DNA of 53,956 nt. Source: an uncultured Devosia sp. Its GTDB lineage: Bacteria; Pseudomonadota; Alphaproteobacteria; Rhizobiales; Devosiaceae. Positions 9,523 to 19,079 of this stretch are shown here, piece by piece (position 1 is the stretch's first letter; each line of letters starts with the position of its first letter). A program made the translations under genes and the position numbers. The stretch spans positions 1 to 53,956 of the forward strand of contig CAYPYV010000002.1 of NCBI GenBank assembly GCA_964414845.1. Direction: 5' to 3'. The notes below the pieces were generated by a model that did no database searches, had not been told where the DNA came from, and saw only the letters and a list, made by a program, of their open reading frames with translations.

Positions 9523-10988
9523 GCGACCTCCCTCACAAGACGTTCGGCACGGCCGGTGGTCTCCAGCAGGAAGCGCTTCAGCAGGTTCTGCGCGGCGGTG
9601 AGCCGATATTCCGCCGTGGCGCGCATATCGGTGAGGGGCTGGTAGTCGGTGCCAAACGCCGCGATGGCGGCGGCGATGCCGGCCTCGGTCCAGGGCTGGC
9701 CGACTAGCGCTGCCTCCACTGCGCTGGCGCGCTTCGGCGTTGCAGCCATGCCGCCAAAGGCGATGCGGGCCGCGGCGACGTTGCCCGCGGCATCGAGCTT
9801 CACCCGGAACGCACCGCAGGCCGAGGAAATATCCTCGTCGCGCCGCTTGGAGAGCTTGTAGCAGGCGAAATGCTCACCATCGGGCAACAACGGCACAGAG
9901 ACGCTCTCGACGAATTCGCCAGGCCGCCGATCCTGCTTGCCATAGGCGATGAAGAAGTTCTCGAGCGGCAGAGTCCGGCGTACCCCGCCCCGGTTGAGCG
10001 TCACTTCGGCGCCGAGCGCGATCAGCGGCGGCGGCGTGTCGCCGATCGGCGAGCCATTGGCGATATTGGCGCCGATCGTGCCGCGATTGCGGATCTGCTC
10101 ACCCGCGATACGGTCCCACAGCTCGCCCAGAGCCGGGAAGGCCGCGACCATTTCAGCGCGGGCGTTTGTGTAGGTCACGCCGGCGCCGATGACGAGCCGG
10201 CCGCCGTCTCGGCGGATCTGCTGCAGGCCTGCGATATCGCCTATGAAGATCAGCGGGCCGATATCGCGCATGAACTTGGTGACCCAGAGCCCGACATCGG
10301 TAGCGCCCGAGACGATCGTTGCTGTCGGGTTCTCGAGATAGACGCTGGCGAGATCATCGACCGAGGCCGGGATGATGATGCGGGCCTTGCCCGAGCCCAG
10401 CTCGACCCGCGCGCCGTCCTTCAGCGCCTTGAGCCGGGCGGCAATGCTGTCGCGCTCGACAACCAGCGTATCGGTCTCGGGACGGCCGTAGTTCGACACG
10501 GCCTTGGCGGCCTTGAAGATGGAGCTATATCCGGTGCAGCGGCACAGGTTGCCCTGCAGCGAAGTCTCGACGGCCTTGCCAGATGGCTGAGGGTTCCGCA
10601 TCCACAGCGCATAGAGCGACATGACGATGCCGGGTGTACAAAAGCCGCACTGGCTGCCGTGGTAATCCACCATGGCCTGCTGCACCGGATGAAGCGGGCC
10701 TTCGGGCGGCGAAAGGTGCTCGATGGTGACGATATGGGCACCATCGAGCTGGCCCATGAAGGTGATGCAGGCGGTGACCGTCTCATAGGCAAGGCGGCCC
10801 GTGGCATCGAGCTTGCCGACCAGCACCGTGCAGGCGCCGCAATCGCCTTCCGCACAGCCTTCCTTCGAGCCCTTGAGGCCGCAATCCAGCCGCAGGAAAT
10901 CGAGCAGCGTACGGGTTGCAGGAACGTCGGACAGAACGACGTCACGGCCATTGAGGATGAAGCGAAGCTCGGTGCGGATATTGGTCAT
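9519..10988 (-). CDS. xdhA: Xanthine dehydrogenase small subunit (2Fe-2S/FAD)
   Basis: GCAEGDCGAC, QCGFCTPG, GNLCRCTGY, KLSKRRDEDIS. Confidence 0.97.
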   Translation of the reverse strand: MTNIRTELRFILNGRDVVLSDVPATRTLLDFLRLDCGLKGSKEGCAEGDCGACTVLVGKLDATGRLAYETVTACITFMGQLDGAHIVTIEHLSPPEGPLHPVQQAMVDYHGSQCGFCTPGIVMSLYALWMRNPQPSGKAVETSLQGNLCRCTGYSSIFKAAKAVSNYGRPETDTLVVERDSIAARLKALKDGARVELGSGKARIIIPASVDDLASVYLENPTATIVSGATDVGLWVTKFMRDIGPLIFIGDIAGLQQIRRDGGRLVIGAGVTYTNARAEMVAAFPALGELWDRIAGEQIRNRGTIGANIANGSPIGDTPPPLIALGAEVTLNRGGVRRTLPLENFFIAYGKQDRRPGEFVESVSVPLLPDGEHFACYKLSKRRDEDISSACGAFRVKLDAAGNVAAARIAFGGMAATPKRASAVEAALVGQPWTEAGIAAAIAAFGTDYQPLTDMRATAEYRLTAAQNLLKRFLLETTGRAERLVREVA

Positions 10989-11345
10989 TCAGCTGCCCCG
11001 ATAAGTGGAATAGCCGTAAGGGGCGACGAGCAGCGGCACATGATAATGCGCGTCTTCGCTCATGATGAAACGGATGGGCACGGTATCGAGAAACGGGTTG
11101 GCGAGTTCGACGCCAAGCCGCTCGAAATACTGGCCGACATGAAAGATCAGTTCGAACTGGCCCTGGTGGAAGCGATCGCCTTCGAGCAGCGGCTGGTCGG
11201 CACGACCATCGGCATTGGTGAAGCCCGAGAGGATGTGGTGGGTATGATCCCCATGCACCATCAGGAGGTCGAACCGCATGCCGGCGGCGGGCTTGCCATG
11301 GGTGGTATCGAGCACGTGAGTCGTTAGGCGCGCGGGTCCCGCCAT
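10989..11345 (-). CDS. uraH: 5-hydroxyisourate hydrolase (transthyretin-like)
   Basis: LTTHVLD, HYHVPLL and C-terminal YRGS signature; start trimmed to MAGPAR at 11345. Confidence 0.95.
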   Translation of the reverse strand: MAGPARLTTHVLDTTHGKPAAGMRFDLLMVHGDHTHHILSGFTNADGRADQPLLEGDRFHQGQFELIFHVGQYFERLGVELANPFLDTVPIRFIMSEDAHYHVPLLVAPYGYSTYRGS

Positions 11346-11469
11346 GCTAAGCCCTTTTCTTGCTCTTCTGGCCCCAGACCCGGCTTGACGCCCGAGAGAG
11401 AGGCACACCCCTGTCTTTGCCTGACTATTGAGCAATTTCCGGTCGTGCGGAAGGGGGTGACTGGGATTT

Positions 11470-11485
11470 TTTACCAACTGGTCCA
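11470..11485. promoter_or_regulatory. RutR-like operator between divergent uraH-xdh and puuE units
   Basis: TTTACCAACTGGTCCA, two mismatches to the RutR consensus TTGACCANNTGGTCAA. Confidence 0.6.
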
Positions 11486-11556
11486 CATTTGAGCACCTTG
11501 CCCCGATGGGACCGGCTCGGCCATAAACTTTGTTACCTCACCTTCCGGAGCGTCCG

Positions 11557-12975
11557 ATGCGCTATCCCCGCAACATGCTGGGCTACGGCCCCAACCCGCC
11601 AGACGCGAAATGGCCGAATGGCGCCAAGGTCGCGGTCCAGTTCGTGCTGAACTACGAGGAAGGCGGCGAGAACAACATCCTGCATGGCGATGCGGCCTCC
11701 GAGGCGTTTCTCGTCGACGTGATCGGCGCAGCGCCATGGCCCGGCAAGCGGCACTGGAACGTCGAGTCGATGTATGAATATGGCGCCCGCGCCGGCTTCT
11801 GGCGGCTGCACAAGTTCCTGACCGAGCGGCAGATTCCGGTCACTGTTTATGGCGTAGCGACCGCTCTCGCCCGCTCGCCGCACCAGGTCAAGGCCATGCT
11901 GGACGCCGACTGGGAGATCGCCAGCCACGGCCTCAAGTGGATCGATTATCGCGACCACGATATCGAGCACGAACGGCGTGACCTGCACGAGGCCGTACGC
12001 CTCCACACCGAAGTGACCGGCACCCGGCCGACCGGCTGGTATTGCGGCCGGACCTCGGTGAACACCGTCGACCTTGCAAGCGAGGAAGGCGGCTTCACCT
12101 ATGTGTCGGACACCTATGACGATGATCTGCCCTATTACCGCGAGCATATGGGCACCCCGCAGCTGATCATCCCATATTCGCTGGCCTCGAACGACATGCG
12201 GTTCACCACCGCGTCGGGCTTCGCCAATGGCGAGGAATATTTCCAGATCCTCAAGGACTGGTTCGACGTGCTGTATGAAGAGGGCGAGGCCGGCTCGGCC
12301 AAGATGATGTCGCTGGGGCTGCATTGCCGGCTAGTCGGCATGCCGGGGCGTTTCGCTGGGCTCAAGCGCTTTGTCGATTACATCCAGTCGAAGCCTGGCG
12401 TCTGGATCGCAAAGCGCATCGACATAGCCGAACACTGGTTGAAGACGCATCCGTTCCGGCCACGCGAAATCTACCCCTCGCGGCTGGCGCTCGACGATTT
12501 CACCCAGCTATTTGGTGGCGTTTTCGAGCATTCGGAGTGGATTGCGGAGCGGACGTTCAAGCGTGAACTCGGACCGATCCACGATGACGCGACCGGCCTG
12601 CATGCCGCCATGTGCCACGTGTTCCGCGCCGCAAGCGAGACCGAGCGGCTGGGCGTTCTGAAGGCGCATCCGGACCTTGCCGGCAAGCTTGCAGCGGCCA
12701 GGCGCCTGACCGAAGCCTCGACGGTCGAGCAGGCCTCCGCCGGGCTCGATGCCCTGACCGATTCGGAGCGCGCGCGCTTCACCGAACTCAATACCGCCTA
12801 TGTCGAGAAGTTCGGCTTCCCGTTCATCATCGCGGTGCGCGACAACACCAAGGCGCAGATTCTTTCGGCCTTCGAAAAGCGCATCGGCAACGACCGCGAT
12901 ACCGAGTTCGCCACCGCCTGCAGGCAGGTGGAGCGGATCGCTGAATTGCGCCTGAGGAACATTCTCAAGGACTGA
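11557..12975 (+). CDS. puuE: Allantoinase PuuE fused to C-terminal OHCU decarboxylase (UraD)
   Basis: N-domain NYEEGGE, ESMYEYGARAG, GLHCRL (polysaccharide deacetylase fold); C-domain FEHSEW, AHPDLAG, EQASAGL, YVEKFGFPFI; start MRYPR at 11557. Confidence 0.95.
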   Translation: MRYPRNMLGYGPNPPDAKWPNGAKVAVQFVLNYEEGGENNILHGDAASEAFLVDVIGAAPWPGKRHWNVESMYEYGARAGFWRLHKFLTERQIPVTVYGVATALARSPHQVKAMLDADWEIASHGLKWIDYRDHDIEHERRDLHEAVRLHTEVTGTRPTGWYCGRTSVNTVDLASEEGGFTYVSDTYDDDLPYYREHMGTPQLIIPYSLASNDMRFTTASGFANGEEYFQILKDWFDVLYEEGEAGSAKMMSLGLHCRLVGMPGRFAGLKRFVDYIQSKPGVWIAKRIDIAEHWLKTHPFRPREIYPSRLALDDFTQLFGGVFEHSEWIAERTFKRELGPIHDDATGLHAAMCHVFRAASETERLGVLKAHPDLAGKLAAARRLTEASTVEQASAGLDALTDSERARFTELNTAYVEKFGFPFIIAVRDNTKAQILSAFEKRIGNDRDTEFATACRQVERIAELRLRNILKD

Positions 12976-12994
12976 CTTGCCGGTCACCAAACCG

Positions 12995-13027
12995 CATCAC
13001 CGGTGCGAAAACCTCGCGTCGGTGATG
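12995..13027 (+). terminator. Hairpin downstream of puuE
   Basis: CATCACCGGTGCGA-AAACC-TCGCGTCGGTGATG long stem (with G:U pairs), no clear U tract. Confidence 0.5.
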
Positions 13028-13139
13028 AACCCCGTCTGAATGCAGGATTCCGGGAACGTTCAAGGCCCAGGCGACATTATGTGCCCCAGATGCAGCTGAG
13101 CTGCTTGAACCAATCAAAGCCCGTTGGGGGCACGGAAAA

Positions 13140-13226
13140 ATGCTGAAGCTGAAACTCTCACTCGTCGCCATGTTCGCAATGTCCATGGCCACCCTCACCA
13201 TCGCTGCCTCGGCCCTGCCGATCTGA
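13140..13226 (+). CDS. Putative 28-aa hydrophobic small protein MLKLKLSLVAMFAMSMATLTIAASALPI
   Basis: Below ORF-track cutoff; most codons end in G/C, purine-rich leader, basic N-terminus plus one hydrophobic helix. Confidence 0.5.
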   Translation: MLKLKLSLVAMFAMSMATLTIAASALPI

Positions 13227-13352
13227 CTTCAGGCAGGACTGGGTAAAGGCGCGAAGCACCGCGCGCAAACCGTTGAAATCAGCCGTCGTCCGAGCCCTGC
13301 CCATGGCCGGGGTAGAGATCGGCTACCTCTTCGCCTGCCGCAACCAGGCGTA

Positions 13353-13389
13353 AGCGGCTCGGCTTTTCTTCGAGGGGGAGCCGGGCCGC
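13353..13389. terminator. Strong hairpin, probable terminator between convergent units
   Basis: GCGGCTCGGCTTTTC-TTCG-AGGGGGAGCCGGGCCGC with a UUCG-type loop. Confidence 0.6.
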
Positions 13390-13428
13390 ACCTTGCTGTG
13401 CGACGAAGACAAGACCTGGTGCGCCCGC

Positions 13429-14052
13429 TCAGCTGAGCGGTATGTCGGCCTTGCCCTTGTCCTTCTGGTAGATGGCAGAGAGCCCGTTATAGACACCATT
13501 CAGCTCATCGATGCGAGCGGTCAGCTCTTCCTTGCTCGTGCGATCGAACAACGCGATCAGCTTCTGCAACCCATACCCCTGCCAGAACGCGTTCTTTGCA
13601 TTGTAGAGCGGTCGGTCGGGATGGACGGCGGCTCGGTCCGGATCGGGCACGGCGTAGACTTCCTGCAGAATACGGATGTCATGCGGGATGGCGAAGGCGT
13701 CGCGCGTGTCCTCGTAGCTGAACAGGTAATAGAAATTGTCGAAGCCCGTCCAGGTGATACCGGAGAGGCAGAGCGAGCAAGGCTCGTGCGTCGCGAGGAA
13801 GATGCAGTCCCTGGTCGAAGGGCGTTCGGATGCGGGAAGCTCGTAAAAGCGCTTCAGGGCGTGCATTTCGCCGTGCCAGAGCGGGTTCTCGGTCTCGTTG
13901 TTGGTTTCCGCGATCACGACCGACAGATCGGACTTCCTCAGGATCGCCGCACCGAACAGCTTGTTGCCGCCCGACACTCCCCGCCGGGTAAGCGGCACGA
14001 GATCGGTCTCTATGACATCAAGCAGGCGGGACACGAAATCGGGCGAATGCAT
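13429..14052 (-). CDS. Zn-dependent nucleoside/nucleobase deaminase (CDA fold)
   Basis: FGAAI, HGE and EPCSLC motifs; start MHSPDF at 14052 with AGGAG RBS. Confidence 0.9.
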   Translation of the reverse strand: MHSPDFVSRLLDVIETDLVPLTRRGVSGGNKLFGAAILRKSDLSVVIAETNNETENPLWHGEMHALKRFYELPASERPSTRDCIFLATHEPCSLCLSGITWTGFDNFYYLFSYEDTRDAFAIPHDIRILQEVYAVPDPDRAAVHPDRPLYNAKNAFWQGYGLQKLIALFDRTSKEELTARIDELNGVYNGLSAIYQKDKGKADIPLS

Positions 14053-14124
14053 GGGCGGGCTCCTGACGCTAACGCCCGAAACTAGCTGCCAGGATGACTG
14101 CGTCAACCGCCCCGCACGGCGCGA

Positions 14125-14895
14125 TCAGACATCGGACATCGGCGAAAGCTGGATGATCTCTGCACCCGCCTGGTCGAAGAGCTGGATTGTCTCGCCGCGC
14201 ATTTCCCAACGGGCAACCTTTTCCAGAGCGGCGAAGAAGGCCGATTCCTGCGCGCTGAGCCCCTTGCCGGCACAGGCCATGCGAGTGGCTGCCGCGGGGG
14301 AAAAGCCGAGCGACTGACCATCCACAGTGGCCTGGGCAAACCAGTTGTTGCAGCCGGAGGTGCCGCTGGCGCGAAGGTCGGCGGAAAACTGGAGCGTGGG
14401 ATAGTGGCCGTCTACGAGTTCGGTGTCCGCAAGTTCGATGATCTCGAGCGGCAGCTCGTAGAAGCGCGCGATGACGGTCTCGGGCAGCGGCTTCTGGCCG
14501 GTGGCGACGACAAGAATCTCGACAGGCAGATGCAGCTGCGCCAGATCGAGCGCGACCGGCAGCCCGCTCTTCAACCAGAGCCGGTCGCCCGCCGTAACGA
14601 TTTCGGCGGCGAGGCCATAGGTGCGCCCCTCGCGGAGGACACCGTCAGCAACATTGAGGGTGAAGTCGAGCGGCGACCGCCCGCGATCAGTAGTGACGGC
14701 CTCGACGGATATGATGGGTTGGGCTGGCCTGTCGATGTCTACCAGCGATACGGTCAACACCGTGCCCGCAGGCAGCACAACCCGCTCGCGAAAATGGACC
14801 TTGCCACTGATGCCGAGCTTGTCGTTGGCGGAGGCGGGCGCGAGGACGGCAAGCAGCAGCAGTGCCGCGAGCGCGAGTTTCTGAAACACGATCAA
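14125..14895 (-). CDS. Exported YbaY-domain + META (HslJ-like) domain protein
   Basis: Signal peptide; SGKVHFRERVVLP (YbaY); SGTSGCNNW...TRMAC (META). Confidence 0.8.
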   Translation of the reverse strand: MIVFQKLALAALLLLAVLAPASANDKLGISGKVHFRERVVLPAGTVLTVSLVDIDRPAQPIISVEAVTTDRGRSPLDFTLNVADGVLREGRTYGLAAEIVTAGDRLWLKSGLPVALDLAQLHLPVEILVVATGQKPLPETVIARFYELPLEIIELADTELVDGHYPTLQFSADLRASGTSGCNNWFAQATVDGQSLGFSPAAATRMACAGKGLSAQESAFFAALEKVARWEMRGETIQLFDQAGAEIIQLSPMSDV

Positions 14896-14991
14896 GTCCC
14901 TCCATGCCCCCCGATTGGCATGATGGGACCCGATTATGACGTTTATGGCCCGTCGGAAAGCAATTCCCTAAGAATTAGTAAAGAAGCGGGG

Positions 14992-15498
14992 CTAAAGTCC
15001 CCCCGCCGGCATAACGACGCTATAGGGCACTTCGAAGACGTGTTCTTCGAGGTTATTGCCCTCTCCGCCCCGATCAACGACGAGGAAATCGGATACCTCG
15101 CCCAGCGCCGTCAGCACACCATGCCAGACATGCATGGCGATGTTGACGCCGGTATGGGGCGGCACAAGAAAGGCGCGCGGCCTGCCGGGTGTGCCGTGTT
15201 CGTCGGGCGCAACGATCGACAGGAATGCCCGGTCGGAAAGTGGATAGAAGGCCTGGCTGCCGAGCGGGTGCCGCTCGACCAACCTGAGCGCCATCGGCAA
15301 GGCATAGGGCTGTCCGCGAAAGATCGAGATCAGCGGCCGGGCATGCACGCCGCCAAGCTCGACACGCGCGAGGTCGTGGAAGCGCTCGGTCATGCCCGCA
15401 TTGATCGGGTAGTGACGCGCGCCTTCCATGCTGATCACCTGCCCGAAAGGCGCGAAGGCCTCGCGACTTAGGGGCTCGATGACGATGGCTCGGCTCAA
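14992..15498 (-). CDS. allA: Ureidoglycolate lyase
   Basis: FAPFGQVI, ERHPLGSQAF, VWHGVL, FLVVDR motifs; overlaps alc stop. Confidence 0.93.
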   Translation of the reverse strand: MSRAIVIEPLSREAFAPFGQVISMEGARHYPINAGMTERFHDLARVELGGVHARPLISIFRGQPYALPMALRLVERHPLGSQAFYPLSDRAFLSIVAPDEHGTPGRPRAFLVPPHTGVNIAMHVWHGVLTALGEVSDFLVVDRGGEGNNLEEHVFEVPYSVVMPAGGL

Positions 15499-16520
15499 GG
15501 CGCCAGCTTTCCGAAGATGCGGACGCGCGAGATGCCGCCATCGGGGAAGATGTTGAGGCGGATATGGGTGACCGGACCCAGCGAATTGACGCTGTCGAAC
15601 TTGTGGATGTGGTCGGCCTGCAGTTTGTGCTGCGGAAGGAGCTCGGGCCAGAACATGGCCGAGGTGATGACGGCGGCGTTGAGATTGTCGAGGCCGCGGC
15701 CGACATCGGCGGCCAAGATCGACGCGCTGTCGGGGTAATTGCCCTTGTAGTGGGCTGTATCGAGTTCCACCCGCTCCACGATGCCGCGCGCACCCAGCGC
15801 AATGATGATCCAGTCATTGCCCGGCACGCGGCGGCGGCGGGTTTCCCAGCCATCGCCCATGTCGAGCCCGCGACCCGGCGCCAGCAACCGGTGGAAGGCG
15901 CCGTAATGTGCATCGGAATAGGCGATGACGCGTCCGCCATTGAGGCCGGAGGCGAGATCGATTGTGGTATCCTTGAGCGCAATCTCGTCGATATGCGGCT
16001 CGCCATAGACCCGGAAGCGCGCAACGCCGCCATCGGGATAGATATGTAGGCGCACATGCGTCCACTGGCTCTCGCCATTGGCCTTGAAGAAGTGATGCGC
16101 GCTGGCGGTTAGCGGTGTCAGAGGTAGGATCTCGGTCCAGGCAGTGCCCTCGCCCGGATCGCCTTTCACGCGGCAGGCCTCGATGCGGCAGGCGGTGGGG
16201 TAATTACCGGTGAAATGACTGGTATCGACATCGAAACCGCGCACCACGCCGGCGGCGGCGAGCCGCACGACAGCGTAATCATGCCCGGCAACGCGCTTGC
16301 GGCGGCTCTCCCAGCCATCCATCCACTTGCCGTTGTCGTCGTAGCGATCGGGATAGAAGACCGCCGGCTTGTCGGCCAGCATACGGCTGACCGGGGCAAA
16401 GAAGTCATCCGTTGCAAACAACGCGGTGGCCCCAAGCCCCGCCGAAGCAAGGTTTACCCCATAGCGGGCGAAGTCGGGCAGATCGGTCGGCGGCGGCAGG
16501 ATGACGGAAGCTTCGCTCAT
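15495..16520 (-). CDS. alc: Allantoicase
   Basis: Two allantoicase repeats: DGWESRRKR/DGWETRRRR, DTSHFTGN/DTAHYKGN, PDGGVARFR/PDGGISRVR. Confidence 0.95.
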   Translation of the reverse strand: MSEASVILPPPTDLPDFARYGVNLASAGLGATALFATDDFFAPVSRMLADKPAVFYPDRYDDNGKWMDGWESRRKRVAGHDYAVVRLAAAGVVRGFDVDTSHFTGNYPTACRIEACRVKGDPGEGTAWTEILPLTPLTASAHHFFKANGESQWTHVRLHIYPDGGVARFRVYGEPHIDEIALKDTTIDLASGLNGGRVIAYSDAHYGAFHRLLAPGRGLDMGDGWETRRRRVPGNDWIIIALGARGIVERVELDTAHYKGNYPDSASILAADVGRGLDNLNAAVITSAMFWPELLPQHKLQADHIHKFDSVNSLGPVTHIRLNIFPDGGISRVRIFGKLAP

Positions 16521-16601
16521 GTGGACGCGGTCGCTCTTTTTGTCGGTGAGAACGTTCCTGCCTGCTTAGCCCAATCGCACAATTGCCGATAGGGGCAAGG
16601 C

Positions 16602-16937
16602 TCAGCCGTCGCGACCGTTAGCGAGATCACGACTCATTGCGGCCAGCTTGCCCGCGGCATATTCCGCGTAAGAGCCGATCCAGCGCTCATGCAGGTTCTG
16701 GATTGGAATGGCGTTGAGCACGTTCCACCGCTCGCGACCTTCCCGACGCACGATCACAAGATCGGCCTCTTCAAGCACCTTCAGGTGCTGCATCACCGTA
16801 CAACGATCGAGTTCGGGAAACGCCTCGCACAATTGCCCGGTCGTCTGCGCACGGTCCTTCAGGCGGTCAAGGAGTCGTCGTCGGACGCGATTGCCGAGGG
16901 CGCGGAAAACCTGATCTTCATCATCTTCGGTTGACAT
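16602..16937 (-). CDS. ArsR/SmtB-family transcriptional regulator
   Basis: FRALGNRVRRRLL...QHLKVLEEADLV...GRERWN winged HTH. Confidence 0.9.
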   Translation of the reverse strand: MSTEDDEDQVFRALGNRVRRRLLDRLKDRAQTTGQLCEAFPELDRCTVMQHLKVLEEADLVIVRREGRERWNVLNAIPIQNLHERWIGSYAEYAAGKLAAMSRDLANGRDG

Positions 16938-16955
16938 GTTATATTTTTATAACAT
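16936..16955. promoter_or_regulatory. Palindromic operator in the 48-bp ArsR/SRPBCC intergenic region
   Basis: ATGTTATA-TTTT-TATAACAT perfect 8-bp inverted repeat, adjacent to TTGACA at 16931-16936. Confidence 0.75.
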
Positions 16956-16985
16956 TATGGACTGAGGGACAAGGAGGCATGGAAG

Positions 16986-17459
16986 ATGGACCTGAAGTTT
17001 AGAGTGGCGGGGCGCATCGCGCGCCCGGTAGCCGACGTGTTCGAGGCTGTCGCCGACCCAGCCAGGCTGTCGGGCTATTTCACTACAGGAGGCGCTCGCG
17101 GCCGCATGGTCACCGGCGCGACGGTCTGGTGGAACTTTGCCGACTTCCCCGGAGAGTTTCCGGTCACCGTGGTCGAAGTCGTCGACAACGAACGCATCGT
17201 GTTCGAATGGGATGGCAGCGAGGTCGTGCCGCTCGAGGGCGCAGCAACAGGCCGCACAGATGTATCGCGGGTGGTGATCCGCTTCGAAAGTCTAGAAGAC
17301 GGTCGCACTCTCGTGACGATCGAAGAGGGCGCCTGGCGCGATACGGAAGCCGGGCTGAAGGCCTGTACCGGCAATTGTGAAGGTTGGACGGGGATGCTTT
17401 GCGCCCTGAAGGTCTATATCGAGCACGGCATCAATATGCGCGAGGGCTTCTACAAATAG
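16986..17459 (+). CDS. SRPBCC/AHSA1-domain protein
   Basis: IARPVADVFEAVADP, ERIVFEW, C-terminal GW helix; AAGGAGG RBS. Confidence 0.88.
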   Translation: MDLKFRVAGRIARPVADVFEAVADPARLSGYFTTGGARGRMVTGATVWWNFADFPGEFPVTVVEVVDNERIVFEWDGSEVVPLEGAATGRTDVSRVVIRFESLEDGRTLVTIEEGAWRDTEAGLKACTGNCEGWTGMLCALKVYIEHGINMREGFYK

Positions 17460-17520
17460 CAGATACCGGTAGCACGACCGCGCCAAGCTTCCGTTAACCT
17501 CTTCGGCGCAGACTTGCCTC

Positions 17521-17718
17521 ATGGCCAACGCACCGACCCAGCATCGCCCGTTGATCGACCCTCACCATATGGAAGAGGCAGGACGGACGCTGCGCCGATG
17601 GCTAGACAAACTCCGGGCACCCGCGCTTGGCCACAAACCGTCGCAAAACGACGCATCCGATGACATTGCCTGGGAAGATGGCGAACCGCACGAGGACGAG
17701 CGGTCGCGCTACGGCTGA
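17521..17718 (+). CDS. Small hypothetical protein
   Basis: Fills the gap between SRPBCC and convergent VOC gene; no recognisable motif, weak RBS. Confidence 0.4.
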   Translation: MANAPTQHRPLIDPHHMEEAGRTLRRWLDKLRAPALGHKPSQNDASDDIAWEDGEPHEDERSRYG

Positions 17719-17730
17719 GCCGACTGCTCC

Positions 17731-18195
17731 TTACTCGCCGCGATAGGCTGCCTCAAGATCGGCGATGACCAGCTTCTTCATCTTCATCATCGCCTGGAAG
17801 GCGCGCTGCGCGCCGGCCTGATCGGGACGACTGAGCAGGCCCGACATGATCGACGGATTCACCTGCCACGTGACGCCGAAACGGTCGCGCAGCCAGCCGC
17901 ACATGATTTCCGTGCCGCCACCGGCAAGCAGACCATCCCAGAAATGGTCGACCTCCTCCTGATCAGCGCAATCGATCTGGAAGCTCACCACATCGGTCGC
18001 AGGGCCATCCGGGCGACCGCCGAGCGCAAGATACTCCTGGTTGCGCAGGCGGAAGCGAATGGCCAGCACCGAGCCATCCGGCATCTTCTGTACATGCTTG
18101 ATTTCAGCATCTTCGAACAGCCGCACATAGGTGGCGACGACTTCCTCGATATTGGCCGAAAGCCAGAGACACGGAAGGATGGGGGGATTGGACAT
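17731..18195 (-). CDS. VOC-family (PhnB-like) protein
   Basis: PCLW, SFQIDCADQEEVDHFWD, CGWLRDRFGVTWQV, AMMKMKK. Confidence 0.9.
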   Translation of the reverse strand: MSNPPILPCLWLSANIEEVVATYVRLFEDAEIKHVQKMPDGSVLAIRFRLRNQEYLALGGRPDGPATDVVSFQIDCADQEEVDHFWDGLLAGGGTEIMCGWLRDRFGVTWQVNPSIMSGLLSRPDQAGAQRAFQAMMKMKKLVIADLEAAYRGE

Positions 18196-18228
18196 GTTCT
18201 CTCTCCTCGTTGATTTCGTTATGGAAAT

Positions 18229-18717
18229 TCAGGCTTTCGCCGAAAGCTCGGCGAGCAGGGCGTCGAATTTACGGAAGCCTGCTTCCATGCCCTCGGCCAT
18301 CGGCGTGGTACGCGCGCCCTCCCGGGCTGCCTGGCTCGAATAGAGCACAGTCAGTTCCGAGCGGGTCAGCCGCGGGCCAAGGGCCGTGAAGCGGTTGGTG
18401 TTGAGCGTTTCGCCGCCGGTCCAGTCCATGTCGTAGAGTTCGGTGGACTTCAGGAACGTCGGGCGCTCGATCTCCAGGATGGTGCCGCCATGGCCCATCT
18501 CAAACCCATCCGGCCCGCGCGTGAGGAAGCGCCAGCGGCCCCCAACCCTCGCGTCGAACTCGCAGGTGACGAATTCCCAACCGGGCGGGCCGAGCCAGCG
18601 GCGGATCAGCGCCGGGATGGTCCAGCAATCGAAGACCAAATCGATCGGCGCGTCGAACTCGCGTGTGACACGCAACTCGCGGTCAGATGGCAGGCTGAGG
18701 CTCAGCGGTGCGGGCAT
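18229..18717 (-). CDS. SRPBCC/AHSA1-domain protein
   Basis: ELRVTREFDAPIDLVFDCWT, DARVGGRWRF; start trimmed to MPAPLS at 18717. Confidence 0.88.
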   Translation of the reverse strand: MPAPLSLSLPSDRELRVTREFDAPIDLVFDCWTIPALIRRWLGPPGWEFVTCEFDARVGGRWRFLTRGPDGFEMGHGGTILEIERPTFLKSTELYDMDWTGGETLNTNRFTALGPRLTRSELTVLYSSQAAREGARTTPMAEGMEAGFRKFDALLAELSAKA

Positions 18718-18724
18718 GACGGTC

Positions 18725-19063
18725 CTATTGTTGCTTGTCGGTGGCGTTGGACTGGATTTCGGCGAGCAGCGTGTCGAGTCGGTCAAAGCGCTGCTCGAAG
18801 AAACGCCTATAGGTCTCGAGCCAGCCGACTGCTTCAGCCAAGGGCTCGGCGGCCAGCCGTACGGGGCGGCGCTGCGCGTCGCGCCCTCGGGTCACGAGGC
18901 TCGCCTGCTCCAGCACCTTGATGTGCCGAGAGATTGCCGGCTGCGTCAGTTCGAAGGGCGCGCAGAGGTCACTGACGGTAGCCTCGCCATCAGCGAGGCG
19001 GGCGAGGATCGCCCTTCGGGTCGGATCGGCGAGTGCCGCGAAGGTCTGGTCAAGCTGGGACAT
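18725..19063 (-). CDS. ArsR/SmtB-family transcriptional regulator
   Basis: FAALADPTRRAILARL...QPAISRHIKVLE...GRDAQRRP. Confidence 0.93.
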   Translation of the reverse strand: MSQLDQTFAALADPTRRAILARLADGEATVSDLCAPFELTQPAISRHIKVLEQASLVTRGRDAQRRPVRLAAEPLAEAVGWLETYRRFFEQRFDRLDTLLAEIQSNATDKQQ

Positions 19064-19079
19064 CCATGCACCATCATTT

